A stretch of 64,000 bases of DNA from a virus, in the IMG/VR virus record IMGVR_UViG_3300021178_000012, positions 15,027-79,026 of that record; one strand, written 5' to 3'. Within the stretch, counting starts at the first letter, position 1. Every line of letters starts with the position of its first letter. The notes beneath the pieces are model-generated. The model saw only the letters and a program-made list of their open reading frames with translations. It ran no database searches and had not been told where the DNA came from. Made by a program: the position numbers and the translations under genes. Shown here piece by piece: positions 1 through 8,748 of this stretch.

Positions 1-378
1 CGATTGCGCGAGCTGCGAGGTGGCGTTGACCGCACCGGACGCAGCCGAGTTCGGGTCAGACGCCGCCTGTTGCGCCATCTGCGCGGCCGTTGCGGCGGCC
101 TGCGCTACGGCAGCGGTACCCTCGGCGACCGCTGCACTAGGAGATGCGCTAGGTGGCGGAATGGCTGCCCCCTGCGGTGCACTCGGCTGCGCCTGTGCGG
201 GGGTGGGCTTCGAGAAGCCGAGCGGATGCGCCCTGAAGTACGCCGCGATTGCCGATGCGTCGTCCATCGGAGGCGATCCCGGCGGCAGCGCTGCATGCGC
301 CTTTTTCTTCACATAGTACCCGAGACCGAGAACGGCCGTGATCCCGGCAACGATGGCTGCGATGACAGGCTTCTTCAT
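1..378 (-). CDS. Membrane-anchored Ala/Pro-rich protein, paralog of the neighbouring gene; 3' end lies outside the window
   Basis: ATG at 378 overlaps the upstream stop (ATGA) and the frame is open to position 1. MKKPVIAAIVAGITAVLGLGYYVKKK = hydrophobic anchor plus basic patch; shares DDxxAIAAYF[KR]AHP with 375..608. Confidence 0.75.
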   Translation of the reverse strand, partial: MKKPVIAAIVAGITAVLGLGYYVKKKAHAALPPGSPPMDDASAIAAYFRAHPLGFSKPTPAQAQPSAPQGAAIPPPSASPSAAVAEGTAAVAQAAATAAQMAQQAASDPNSAASGAVNATSQLAQS

Positions 379-608
379 GACGACACCCTGGCATTCTCCA
401 TTGCGTTCTGCTTCGCACGGACAGCATCCTCGAGCACGCCTGGAGTGAACGTGAACGGATGCGCCTTGAAGTACGCGGCGATCGCCGCGTTGTCATCTGT
501 CGCCGTGGCGGGCACACCCGGCGCGTGGCGCTTCTTCAGCCAGAGGTACCCAGCGCCCAGGAGCGCGACGACGCCCGCTCCGACGATGAGTGTCGCGTGC
601 CTTTTCAT
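375..608 (-). CDS. Small membrane-anchored protein (putative virion membrane protein)
   Basis: N-terminal TM segment LIVGAGVVALLGAGYLWL followed by KKR; ATGA-coupled to both neighbours. Confidence 0.75.
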   Translation of the reverse strand: MKRHATLIVGAGVVALLGAGYLWLKKRHAPGVPATATDDNAAIAAYFKAHPFTFTPGVLEDAVRAKQNAMENARVSS

Positions 609-2560
609 GGTCCACCTTTTCGTGTGAGCAAAAACGTTCCGAAGCCGATCAGCCCGACGCCGGCCGCGACGAGTCCTCCGAGGAGAGTGACCTTAGGCTT
701 CGGCGGCGCAAGCGTCATAGAGGCTCGCACGGGTACGCTGCCGAACCTTGACAGGAACGGGTTGGCTGAAGCGAGAACGGTCTTCATGGCGCGAATCGGG
801 ACGGTGAACGTCGGCAAAAAAAGCTTCGCTGTTCGCTCCGGAGGAACGTAGCCCGGTTTCGCGCACCCTGCCTGCAACTTGACTGCATCAGGAGCAGACG
901 ATGCCGCGGCCGTATCTTCGTTCTTCTTGTGGATGTCGATGAGCGCGTCGAGTCGCTTCGCGAGCTGATCGACCGAGAGGATCGTTCCGTAGTTGATCGT
1001 CGCCCACCTCCAATTGAAAGGGGCGACCTTTCTCGCGTACGTGAGCGACTCCGAGACGCTCGCGCCAAGGCGACGACGTTGCACGTACGCACACATCGCG
1101 TCTGGCGGAACCATCGGCACGTAGTACGTTCCACCCTTCGCGTTGTTCGGTGGGTTCGCATACTCCTTGAGCGCCTCCGCGAGACCGCCGCCGTTCGCCC
1201 ATTTGTTGTACTGCCCGCTTGCGATTTCTTCACTCGTAAGTGGAGTCGTGCCGGGGATGTCTGCTCCTCCCTTGTCGACGAGCTGAATGTCCGGCATCCG
1301 AATATCTTCGATGCGGTACGGCACCGCAAGCGCGAAGTGGGAAAGGTAGATGCCAGCGTCCTTGCCTGACACTTGCGTCGCCGTGCCGATTGTGATTCCT
1401 GACACCGAAGAAATGGTCGAGGCGGCCTTCTGAATCATGTCGATGCCGGCGGCGACGCCTGCTTGAGAGACGTTCGAGATAGCCGTTCCGATGTCGGGCG
1501 CGTTCTTTACCGCGTTCGCCCCCATCGTCGCGGCATCGCTTGCCGCATTGAACATCGCCGTGACCCCTTGCTGTCCGGCTGCTCCCGAGATACTTGCGCC
1601 GAGCTTGGCTCCTGTCTGTGCAAGGCCTGTTGCAGTATCGACGGTCGTCGACGCCTTCAGCGAAGCGTCGGCCCCCGATGCCGTATCTTGCGCCATCGCT
1701 CCCGCTTGCTGCATTCCTGCGCCGGCCTTAGCCGCATCGGAACCGGGTGGTGCGAAATGCTCAATGAGCCCGCCAGCAATCGAAACGGCTGTCCCGACAG
1801 AACCAATGACACCGAGAACGCCGCCGACGGAGATGCCTCCCGCGGCGGCTGCTGTGACTACCGGGGCAATGATCCCCGACGTTGTAGCTGCCACGGTAAA
1901 ACCACCGCCCGTCGCGCCGAGGATCGCGCCACTTGCTCCGCCGGCAGCGGCCCCGCCAGCAATCGCAGCCGTAGCGCCGCCAGCCACAGCAGCGCCGGCA
2001 GCGGCCCCGCACGTGCATGCGATAGCGATGGCGATCCCGACGCCCGTGAAGATGGCTGCGAGCCAGGGCGGGTGCTCCTTCAGTGGATCCTCCCACACGG
2101 AGTCGCCCATATTCGCCGACCACTCGATGATGAGCCCAGAAAAAAGGAGGTCGTTGTAGGTGCCGAGGTTGAAGTGAGAGATCGACTTGCAGAGACTAAC
2201 AGGAAGGCTTCCCGACGGGGCTCCGTCTGCAATGTCCTCTGGAATGGCGGTATTGCCAGCCCAATCTCCTCCGCCTTCAACCGCGTTGCGTTGCTCCTCG
2301 ATGTAGAACTTCCCGCCCGGATCGGCGAACGTGACTGCACCGAAGCGCCACGGATTCGCACGGTAGGCGTCCTTCGTGGCAGCGTCCTTGATGATCCGCC
2401 CGTGCACGTTACCCGTGTCACTGCCTGAAGCCCCCGGAAGAGACTCCCACTTCATCCCACGGGCAATCCAGTCGTCGCTTGAGTAGATGAGCGGAACGTT
2501 GACCGTGCGGCCATACTGAATGTCGCCGCCGACGACGATCTTTCGCTTGAGGGAGATCAC
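605..2560 (-). CDS. 651-aa putative virion/entry protein with ~100-aa Gly/Ala hydrophobic stretch and C-terminal TM anchor
   Basis: Long ORF coupled to neighbours; central WLAAIFTGVGIAIAIACTCGAAAG...AGGLI segment; C-terminal LLGGLVAAGVGLIGFGTFLLTRK. Confidence 0.7.
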   Translation of the reverse strand: MISLKRKIVVGGDIQYGRTVNVPLIYSSDDWIARGMKWESLPGASGSDTGNVHGRIIKDAATKDAYRANPWRFGAVTFADPGGKFYIEEQRNAVEGGGDWAGNTAIPEDIADGAPSGSLPVSLCKSISHFNLGTYNDLLFSGLIIEWSANMGDSVWEDPLKEHPPWLAAIFTGVGIAIAIACTCGAAAGAAVAGGATAAIAGGAAAGGASGAILGATGGGFTVAATTSGIIAPVVTAAAAGGISVGGVLGVIGSVGTAVSIAGGLIEHFAPPGSDAAKAGAGMQQAGAMAQDTASGADASLKASTTVDTATGLAQTGAKLGASISGAAGQQGVTAMFNAASDAATMGANAVKNAPDIGTAISNVSQAGVAAGIDMIQKAASTISSVSGITIGTATQVSGKDAGIYLSHFALAVPYRIEDIRMPDIQLVDKGGADIPGTTPLTSEEIASGQYNKWANGGGLAEALKEYANPPNNAKGGTYYVPMVPPDAMCAYVQRRRLGASVSESLTYARKVAPFNWRWATINYGTILSVDQLAKRLDALIDIHKKNEDTAAASSAPDAVKLQAGCAKPGYVPPERTAKLFLPTFTVPIRAMKTVLASANPFLSRFGSVPVRASMTLAPPKPKVTLLGGLVAAGVGLIGFGTFLLTRKGGP

Positions 2561-2889
2561 GGCAGCACCCCAAAGAGGAACGCGAAAAGCCCTCGGCGGT
2601 CGCGGCGAGACATTAGTGTGCGCGAGGCGCGGCTTCTGCTGGCGTCGTGCTCACGAACGAGTTTCTCGGCCAACTTGTCGCTCTCCCTCATGCGCTTGAG
2701 GGCAAGCTGCTCGAACTTGTGCGCCGGCGTGCCTTTGTACCAACCACTCCCGGGCCCAACCATCTCGGGCATATGAAGATGGTACCTGTCGCGGAGTTCG
2801 CGAAGCTGATGCAGCTCGGCCGTTGTCAACCATCGGCAGAGGCCGTCTTTTCCTGCGCGCGGGAAGGTCACGACAAGAACCCGAACCAT
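2557..2889 (-). CDS. Hypothetical protein
   Basis: Fills the operon gap; its stop overlaps the start of 605..2560; start uncertain. Confidence 0.5.
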   Translation of the reverse strand: MVRVLVVTFPRAGKDGLCRWLTTAELHQLRELRDRYHLHMPEMVGPGSGWYKGTPAHKFEQLALKRMRESDKLAEKLVREHDASRSRASRTLMSRRDRRGLFAFLFGVLP

Positions 2890-3662
2890 CCGCTGCCGGA
2901 TGCCTTCTTGAGCATCGTCACCTGCGAGTAGTCGATGTGCGTGTTGTGACCCGTCGAGTCGATGTGCATCCCGCCCTTCGACTGAATGAGCGGATTCCCG
3001 TCGACATCGCGACCCGTCGCGTTCTTGTCGTACCAGCCGAAGTTGTACCCGCCCTCGAGCCAGTACTTACCGACGTTCGACACGGGCACCGACCCGCTCC
3101 ACCCCTTCGCCGTGAGCTGCTCGTGCACCTTCTGGTCGTGCTTCTTCGCGAACGCGAGCGAGGCCATCTTCAACGTGTCGGCGCTCGTCGCCACAAGAGT
3201 GACAGGCACAATCTCGAGCGCCTCTCCGGTCTTCGCAGCCTCGTGGATGTGCGCGAAGTCCTTCTCCTCAAGAAGCTCGGCTCCAAGACGCGCGGCGACG
3301 GCCTTCGCGTCATCGTACTTGAGACGCGCGAAAAGACCTGTGCGCGAGTCGGTCAACGGGAGCGCCGTGACCTGCATGCCTTGAAAGTCGACCCAGCCAC
3401 CGGGGTCGGAAAGCACCGCGTACTCTGGCGGCGTAAAATACACGTCCGAGTCGTCGGGCTTACTCTGTACGGTGCTCGGTCCGGTCGACGGTGGAAGCGG
3501 CGTCGAAGCAGGCGTCGCGGCCCTGACTGGTGGCGGAACGGGTCCTGGTCGGGGGGCTGTCGGCGTCGTGGCTGTAGCAGCCTTCGCAGTGCGCGAAAAC
3601 GCAATGAGCCCGGCGATCACAACCGCCGCGCCTACAGCCAGTAAAGCTCCCAACTTGCCCAT
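2868..3662 (-). CDS. Membrane-anchored protein with Pro/Thr linker and conserved-looking C-terminal domain (possible cell-envelope enzyme)
   Basis: MGKLGALLAVGAAVVIAGLIAF anchor, PTAPRPGPVPPP linker, then NVGKYW...YNFGW...PLIQ...H...HIDYSQ. Confidence 0.65.
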   Translation of the reverse strand: MGKLGALLAVGAAVVIAGLIAFSRTAKAATATTPTAPRPGPVPPPVRAATPASTPLPPSTGPSTVQSKPDDSDVYFTPPEYAVLSDPGGWVDFQGMQVTALPLTDSRTGLFARLKYDDAKAVAARLGAELLEEKDFAHIHEAAKTGEALEIVPVTLVATSADTLKMASLAFAKKHDQKVHEQLTAKGWSGSVPVSNVGKYWLEGGYNFGWYDKNATGRDVDGNPLIQSKGGMHIDSTGHNTHIDYSQVTMLKKASGSGWFGFLS

Positions 3663-3696
3663 AGAAGAACACCTACCAAAACGAGACTGCTTGAAA

Positions 3697-4611
3697 TCAG
3701 ACGAAAGACATGTGCCATTGCACGAACCCGTTGACGTTGGTCGTACCCGCCGTAACTTGAACACGCTGCGCGTTGTGATGACCGACGCGCGTCATGAATG
3801 CCGATTGATCCGACGTGCCCGTGAGTTGCACAAGCGTATCGACAGGCACAGCCCCTGGACCAACGACCTTTGCGAGAGATCCGCCTGCGGTCTCCTGAGA
3901 GATCGCGATCGTTGGCGCAACGAACGGTGCGGCGGCGTTGTCGTTGTACGTGAAGGAATGGGCGCCGAGGGGGACCGCGTTGAACGTCCTAGTAGTTGCG
4001 GTCGCGTCCCCGGTGCGCGCGAGTCGAAGAGAGAGCGTCGCATCAGCTTCCAACGGAGACCCTCGACGTACAGCGTGCTCGTGTGAGCGCTGCATCGGAT
4101 GTCCGGCTATGGCCATTGCAATGTCGTACTCGCTCTCGACGAGAAAGTACTCGAAGGTCCAAGAGCCGGGGTATTGCGAGATGACCGAAAGCTTCCCCGG
4201 ATACGGAAGAAGCATCATCCGGTTGCCGACGATGTCGAAGAAGAACTTCATCGTGTCGGTGCTGGTGTTGATCCCATTGATCTTCACCTTGTCCGGGTCG
4301 ACGAGGTCCGAAGACGTCGCGGCGATCTCGTACCGCAGAAACGGGCCTTCGAGCGTGAACCCTGTCCGTGCGCCTGAGAACACCGGATCTGGATCGAGTG
4401 CGTTCTGTGCGGCGGCACCGTACTGCGGCGTGAGACCTGCACCGCCAGCGTTGTCGAATGCCGTGACGTCAAAGCTCCCCGACTTGAGCTTCATGAGGAG
4501 CTTGGAGGGTCGACAGATGTTGGCGATCGTCTGCTCAGCAAGATTGAGCACACACGTCGCCGCACCGGTCTTCGTGACCTTTGCTCCTCCGACTGTGACG
4601 TCTCGTGACAC
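3697..4611 (-). CDS. Beta-rich putative structural protein (second capsid or vertex candidate)
   Basis: 304 aa, alternating hydrophobic pattern, position in the structural operon. Confidence 0.45.
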   Translation of the reverse strand: MSRDVTVGGAKVTKTGAATCVLNLAEQTIANICRPSKLLMKLKSGSFDVTAFDNAGGAGLTPQYGAAAQNALDPDPVFSGARTGFTLEGPFLRYEIAATSSDLVDPDKVKINGINTSTDTMKFFFDIVGNRMMLLPYPGKLSVISQYPGSWTFEYFLVESEYDIAMAIAGHPMQRSHEHAVRRGSPLEADATLSLRLARTGDATATTRTFNAVPLGAHSFTYNDNAAAPFVAPTIAISQETAGGSLAKVVGPGAVPVDTLVQLTGTSDQSAFMTRVGHHNAQRVQVTAGTTNVNGFVQWHMSFV

Positions 4612-4620
4612 GCGATTCCT

Positions 4621-5289
4621 TTAGTGCGGGGCCGGAACGATTTCCGTCTCCGCCGGCAGCTCAGGCAAACGGAACTCGTCCATCTGCGTCAACTTCTCGA
4701 AGAGATGGTTGGCCATCTTTCGATCTTCCTCGTTGAGCTTGGGAAAGGCTCGGTTCACCCGAGCTTGGAGTTGATCCATGAAGTCCTTGGCCTGCCACGC
4801 ATACATAGCTTCTCGGCCGAGCTTGATCCCCTCCTCGATCCACTTGTCCTCACGCTCGCTGTCGAGGTGCGCGATCGTCATGTTGCGCATCTCGTCCTTG
4901 AGACGGTGGTTCTCGTCGCGAATGCGGTCGTAGTCCTTCTCCCGCTCGCACTTGACTTCGCGCTCACGAGCGAGCTCGGTCTGGAGCCGATCGTTCTGAC
5001 TGAGGAGACTGTCAAGCGCCCCAGTCGTTGCTTGCTTCGAAGCCCGCGCCTGGATGAGAAACATGTCGTCATCTCGGTTCGCTGACCTCTTGCCGACGAC
5101 GGTCTCGAAATAGATCGTGTCGTTGTGCCGAAGCTCGTACTTGCCAGGGTTGGCTTCTACGTACTCGGCGTCCACGGGCACCGGCTCCGACGGATCATCT
5201 ATGCAGAAGATGACCCATGTCGGATCGTCGTCGTGTTTTTGTGCCTCGCGAATGAACTTCAGAGGCGCTTGTGTTCGAGGCGGCGGCAT
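4621..5289 (-). CDS. Hypothetical protein with central coiled coil
   Basis: ORF track; charged heptad segment LDSLLSQNDRLQTELARERE...NHRLKDEM. Confidence 0.65.
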   Translation of the reverse strand: MPPPRTQAPLKFIREAQKHDDDPTWVIFCIDDPSEPVPVDAEYVEANPGKYELRHNDTIYFETVVGKRSANRDDDMFLIQARASKQATTGALDSLLSQNDRLQTELAREREVKCEREKDYDRIRDENHRLKDEMRNMTIAHLDSEREDKWIEEGIKLGREAMYAWQAKDFMDQLQARVNRAFPKLNEEDRKMANHLFEKLTQMDEFRLPELPAETEIVPAPH

Positions 5290-5296
5290 GCCGACC

Positions 5297-5644
5297 TCAC
5301 TGCGCGAACTTGTTCACGACGTCGGCAGTTCCCATATTGACGGCACTGCCGACGATGTGAAACACCGTTACGGCCGCAGCGCCGGCTGCCGGGGTCGTCT
5401 TGTTCGTCGCCGTGAAGGCGTTGAGCGTCTGGCCTGCCCACGTGATCGTCCGTCCGCCGCCGCCGTCTTGCGTGACGATGACGTCGATCGAGTGACCTGG
5501 CTTCACGTTGGAAAGCGTGAACGTTGCGTTGCCAGCCGGGAATGTGAACGTGAACACGTTGCCCAGACTCGCATCGATTGCCGCAGTGGCTCCTGTGACA
5601 AGCGCCACGACGCCACGAACCGGAATATCGCCCTTTTGTCCCAT
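5297..5644 (-). CDS. Small beta-rich structural protein (fibre/spike-associated type)
   Basis: ATG at 5644 after purine-rich GAAGGAAGAGGAAG; motif FTLSNVKPG-SIDVIVTQDGGGGRTITW resembles a common phage virion beta-domain. Confidence 0.55.
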   Translation of the reverse strand: MGQKGDIPVRGVVALVTGATAAIDASLGNVFTFTFPAGNATFTLSNVKPGHSIDVIVTQDGGGGRTITWAGQTLNAFTATNKTTPAAGAAAVTVFHIVGSAVNMGTADVVNKFAQ

Positions 5645-5691
5645 GACTTCCTCTTCCTTCTCAGACGGTTTTCGAAACTTTGCCGATGCGC

Positions 5692-6852
5692 TCAGCGTCG
5701 GCGACGCGGAACCGGAACGTTGCACCCTGTCGTGCAACCCTGGAGTTGCGGATCCATCCAGTGCGCTACGGGGAGAGACTCCACCGATCCTTTGAAGGAG
5801 AGATCCTCCGCCGGAACATCGTCGTCACTCCACTGACCAACGACCTCTTGCACCCCGGCGACGAGCGTCGGCGACTTGTCGTCGTCATCCCATCCTGTTT
5901 CCGCAGGGCCGGCGACAGGCGCTGGCGCATGCGAGTGAGGCGCAGGCAGTGGTGCGGCTTCGACTTCGTCGTCGGCCCATCCGTCGCCCACGCTCGATGC
6001 GTCGGGCGCTGCGCTGCTCTTCCCGAGCGCCGCCTTGCACGAGCCGCACGACCCGCCGCAGTGACAAGCACCGCCGTGATCATGACCAGCTGTGTCGGTG
6101 GTATCAGCCACGTCGGTGGGGCCGTCGTAGGAGTTCGCCATCACGTAGCGGTCGGCGAGCACTTCGTAGTCGGGCTCCTGGTCTCGATTGATCGCATCGA
6201 TGATGTACGTGATCGATGACTTCTCTTGACCGGACACTTCCTCGGAGGCGAGTACGTCACGCGGATCCGTCGGCGGGTTCAGCGAAGCCTCCGCAGCGTC
6301 GAGCGCTGCCAGCGCGTAGTTCTTGTGGTTCGCCATGTTCGCGGCGGACAATGCCGAAGCGCTTCCGCTCACAGTCGTGGCCGCCTTCCTCGAGCGGTGC
6401 TCGAGCACGCGAGAAAGATGAGCGAGGCGCTGACCCGCACGCGCCATGTTCGCCATCTCGACCTGCTCTCGGCTGCCGGTCATGTACCCGGTGGCTCGCG
6501 CGTGACGACGCCTCGAAACCTGCGCGCTCTCTTTGCGCTTCGAGTCGGCCTCTCGGAGGGCCTTCACCGTGGGCAGCTCGATGGCCGACGCTCCGACCAC
6601 CGCGGGGTCGCGCGGAAGGTTGCTCGACGTGAGCAACGACGCAGCGCCTTCCATCCCGGCGACGACAGGACCGGCGACGTTCTTGAACGTGTCCTTGCAG
6701 TCGTCGATGATCGTCTGGAGAAAGCAGTCGGCGACGGTGTGCACCGGGATCGACGTGATCTCTTCGACACCCTGAAGGATGAGCTTGCTTCCCTGGTACG
6801 CGACGCCGATGTTTCCGGCAGTCATGAGAGCTGGCAAAAGTGCGGGCAACAT
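5692..6852 (-). CDS. Hypothetical protein with His/Cys cluster and acidic C-terminal tail
   Basis: ATG at 6852 with AAGGAG RBS; HDHGGACHCGGSCGSCK; three W-x-D-D motifs. Confidence 0.65.
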   Translation of the reverse strand: MLPALLPALMTAGNIGVAYQGSKLILQGVEEITSIPVHTVADCFLQTIIDDCKDTFKNVAGPVVAGMEGAASLLTSSNLPRDPAVVGASAIELPTVKALREADSKRKESAQVSRRRHARATGYMTGSREQVEMANMARAGQRLAHLSRVLEHRSRKAATTVSGSASALSAANMANHKNYALAALDAAEASLNPPTDPRDVLASEEVSGQEKSSITYIIDAINRDQEPDYEVLADRYVMANSYDGPTDVADTTDTAGHDHGGACHCGGSCGSCKAALGKSSAAPDASSVGDGWADDEVEAAPLPAPHSHAPAPVAGPAETGWDDDDKSPTLVAGVQEVVGQWSDDDVPAEDLSFKGSVESLPVAHWMDPQLQGCTTGCNVPVPRRRR

Positions 6853-6871
6853 TCGTTTCTCCTTGGACTCC

Positions 6872-7336
6872 TCAGAGTCGCCTGACTCGCATCCACGCGA
6901 TCCCGTCGTAGGTCGGTAGCGGGGGCATCCCGCAGTCGACCGAGGGATCAATCACCGACTTTGGGGTGCCGATCTTCGTCGGCGTTCCACCTGGACCCTC
7001 GATGCCGCACACACAGTGGGCGATGCTCCGACCTGGACGGAGTCCGACGAGCGCTGGCTTGTTCTCGCCGACGAGAAGGTACGCCGCATGAGCACATGCG
7101 ATGTCCTCGCAGTCGAGCGGGATGGGACCGACGGGGTACCTGTCTCGGAGGCCTAGGAAGGTGCTCCAACAGTCGGGCAGTCCGCACGTATCCGGATCTG
7201 GAACGTAGCGGAACCTGCCCGACCGCAGAGCTTGCTGATAGGCGCCGAGGAGTGAGGGACTGGCCTCGAAATCCGATCGGTTTGCCTCCGCGAGCCCACG
7301 AAGACTCGTGAGAGTCTCCCTGACGCGCGAGTCCAT
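6872..7336 (-). CDS. Transglutaminase-like (papain-fold) cysteine protease, putative virion maturation protease
   Basis: Cys-His-Asp triad motifs LDCEDIA, IAHCV, VIDPS in order; directly downstream of the capsid candidate. Confidence 0.7.
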   Translation of the reverse strand: MDSRVRETLTSLRGLAEANRSDFEASPSLLGAYQQALRSGRFRYVPDPDTCGLPDCWSTFLGLRDRYPVGPIPLDCEDIACAHAAYLLVGENKPALVGLRPGRSIAHCVCGIEGPGGTPTKIGTPKSVIDPSVDCGMPPLPTYDGIAWMRVRRL

Positions 7337-7344
7337 GGCTGGGT

Positions 7345-8178
7345 TCAGCCGCCGTAGATCGAGTGGAAACCGACCTGCTTGCGGATGAGGTTCGCCATGT
7401 TCGCCGCACTGTTGACGACCTGCGCCGAGTTCTGGCCACAGGGATCTGTCTGCGACGGGATGAGGAAGCGCGGGTTCAGCGTGATCGCATCACCCGTGCC
7501 GGCGACCGACATGTTGGCGATCGTGCCGGTGACCTGCACCGAGTTGTCGAACACCTGGCCGGTCCACGGCTGGATGTTGAACTTCTGACCGTCGCCACGA
7601 GCGACGAAGCCCATCCAGCCTGTCGCGTTCGCGATCGGCGCGGTAGGCGTCGCCTGCGTCGCGAAGATCTGGTCGAGACCGCCGCACTTGAGGCTGGTGA
7701 AACCGAAGATCTGAGCCTGGTCGTCGCCCGCGAGGAAGGCGAGAAGGCGGTACCACGACGTACCGCCTGAGGGCGTGATCGTGAACGCGAGCGTGGCGCC
7801 GGGGGCGACCGTGGTGCCGTACACGCCGACGAGTAGGTTCGGGCGTCGGAGGTAGTCCGCATCGAGCACACCGAGCTGGCTGTGGATCATCTGCGCGACG
7901 TTGGAGAGATGCGTGATCGCGGCAGCGTGCGACGTCGAAACGCCGTTCTGCACGAGGGCCTGGTTCCCGATGCGAGCCATCGCGGCCTGCGCCACGAACT
8001 TGTTCGGATCGACGGCGGCGCCGACCGCGAAATGCTGGAGCCGAGCGTAGAGCTGGCTGAGGTCCTGCTTGGTGTTGACCTCCAGCGGGATCGGGTCGTC
8101 GTCGGACTGGTAGGCACCGTAGGGTCGGTTGGGCATGTAGCCGCCGACGATGGGACGATTGAACTGGTCTCGCAGCAT
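7345..8178 (-). CDS. Putative major capsid protein, jelly-roll-like
   Basis: Strong RBS (AAGGAG); helical N-terminal arm, then ~135 aa of beta-strand pattern (TLAFTITP, WYRLLAFL, FGFTSLKCGG-DQI, VQVTGTIAN, ITLNPRFLIP); adjacent protease. Fold is inferred. Confidence 0.5.
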   Translation of the reverse strand: MLRDQFNRPIVGGYMPNRPYGAYQSDDDPIPLEVNTKQDLSQLYARLQHFAVGAAVDPNKFVAQAAMARIGNQALVQNGVSTSHAAAITHLSNVAQMIHSQLGVLDADYLRRPNLLVGVYGTTVAPGATLAFTITPSGGTSWYRLLAFLAGDDQAQIFGFTSLKCGGLDQIFATQATPTAPIANATGWMGFVARGDGQKFNIQPWTGQVFDNSVQVTGTIANMSVAGTGDAITLNPRFLIPSQTDPCGQNSAQVVNSAANMANLIRKQVGFHSIYGG

Positions 8179-8218
8179 GAGAAACTCCTTCTTTTCTGTG
8201 TCTGGTGGAGGGCGCCCT

Positions 8219-8593
8219 CTATGGCGGCGACCCTCCCCAAAAAGGTTCGGGCGGAATGCCCTTGTCGGCCGGTTCCTCTCTTGAGCCCGGAAGCTTGAAC
8301 GAGGTCGTGCTCACCCATCGAGTGATGAGCGCGTGGCCTGCGCCGAAGAGAATGGAACGCGAAGACTTGCGACCCTTCCACTTGACCGCAGTGCCGAGGA
8401 GGGCGCCCGCGAGGACGACCCAGTCGGGCTTCAGCGCCTGAACGCCGAAGATGCCCTTTTCCATGTTCTTGGAAGCGAGCGCGACGAGAGCGTGCGTACC
8501 GAACTCGAGGGTTCGAGTGCCGAGATGGCTGAGGTGCTCTTTCCCTTGCGCCTTCGCGAGATGGCCGTTGAACTTTTCGATTCCGAAACCCAT
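8219..8593 (-). CDS. Small protein with hydrophobic segments, first gene of the structural operon
   Basis: ORF track; WVVLAGALLGTAV segment. Confidence 0.6.
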   Translation of the reverse strand: MGFGIEKFNGHLAKAQGKEHLSHLGTRTLEFGTHALVALASKNMEKGIFGVQALKPDWVVLAGALLGTAVKWKGRKSSRSILFGAGHALITRWVSTTSFKLPGSREEPADKGIPPEPFWGGSPP

Positions 8594-8748
8594 TTGAGAG
8601 CCTCCCGGCTGGTTCGTTTGGACGTGCTCAACGATGACAGCGCGTTGGAGTGCTTGACAACGAATTAGAACCGGACGAGACTTGTTTGCATAACGTTATG
8701 GCCATCACGACGTGATGTGGGTCACGTCTTGACGAGTGGAGAGAAAGA
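8594..8748. promoter_or_regulatory. Divergent intergenic promoter region
   Basis: Non-coding gap between divergent operons; contains TTGACA but no well-spaced -10. Confidence 0.35.

Noticed and set aside
1-8593. Tailed-phage head/tail module
   Set aside because: No terminase Walker/nuclease motifs, portal, HK97 capsid, tape measure or baseplate signatures were recognised.
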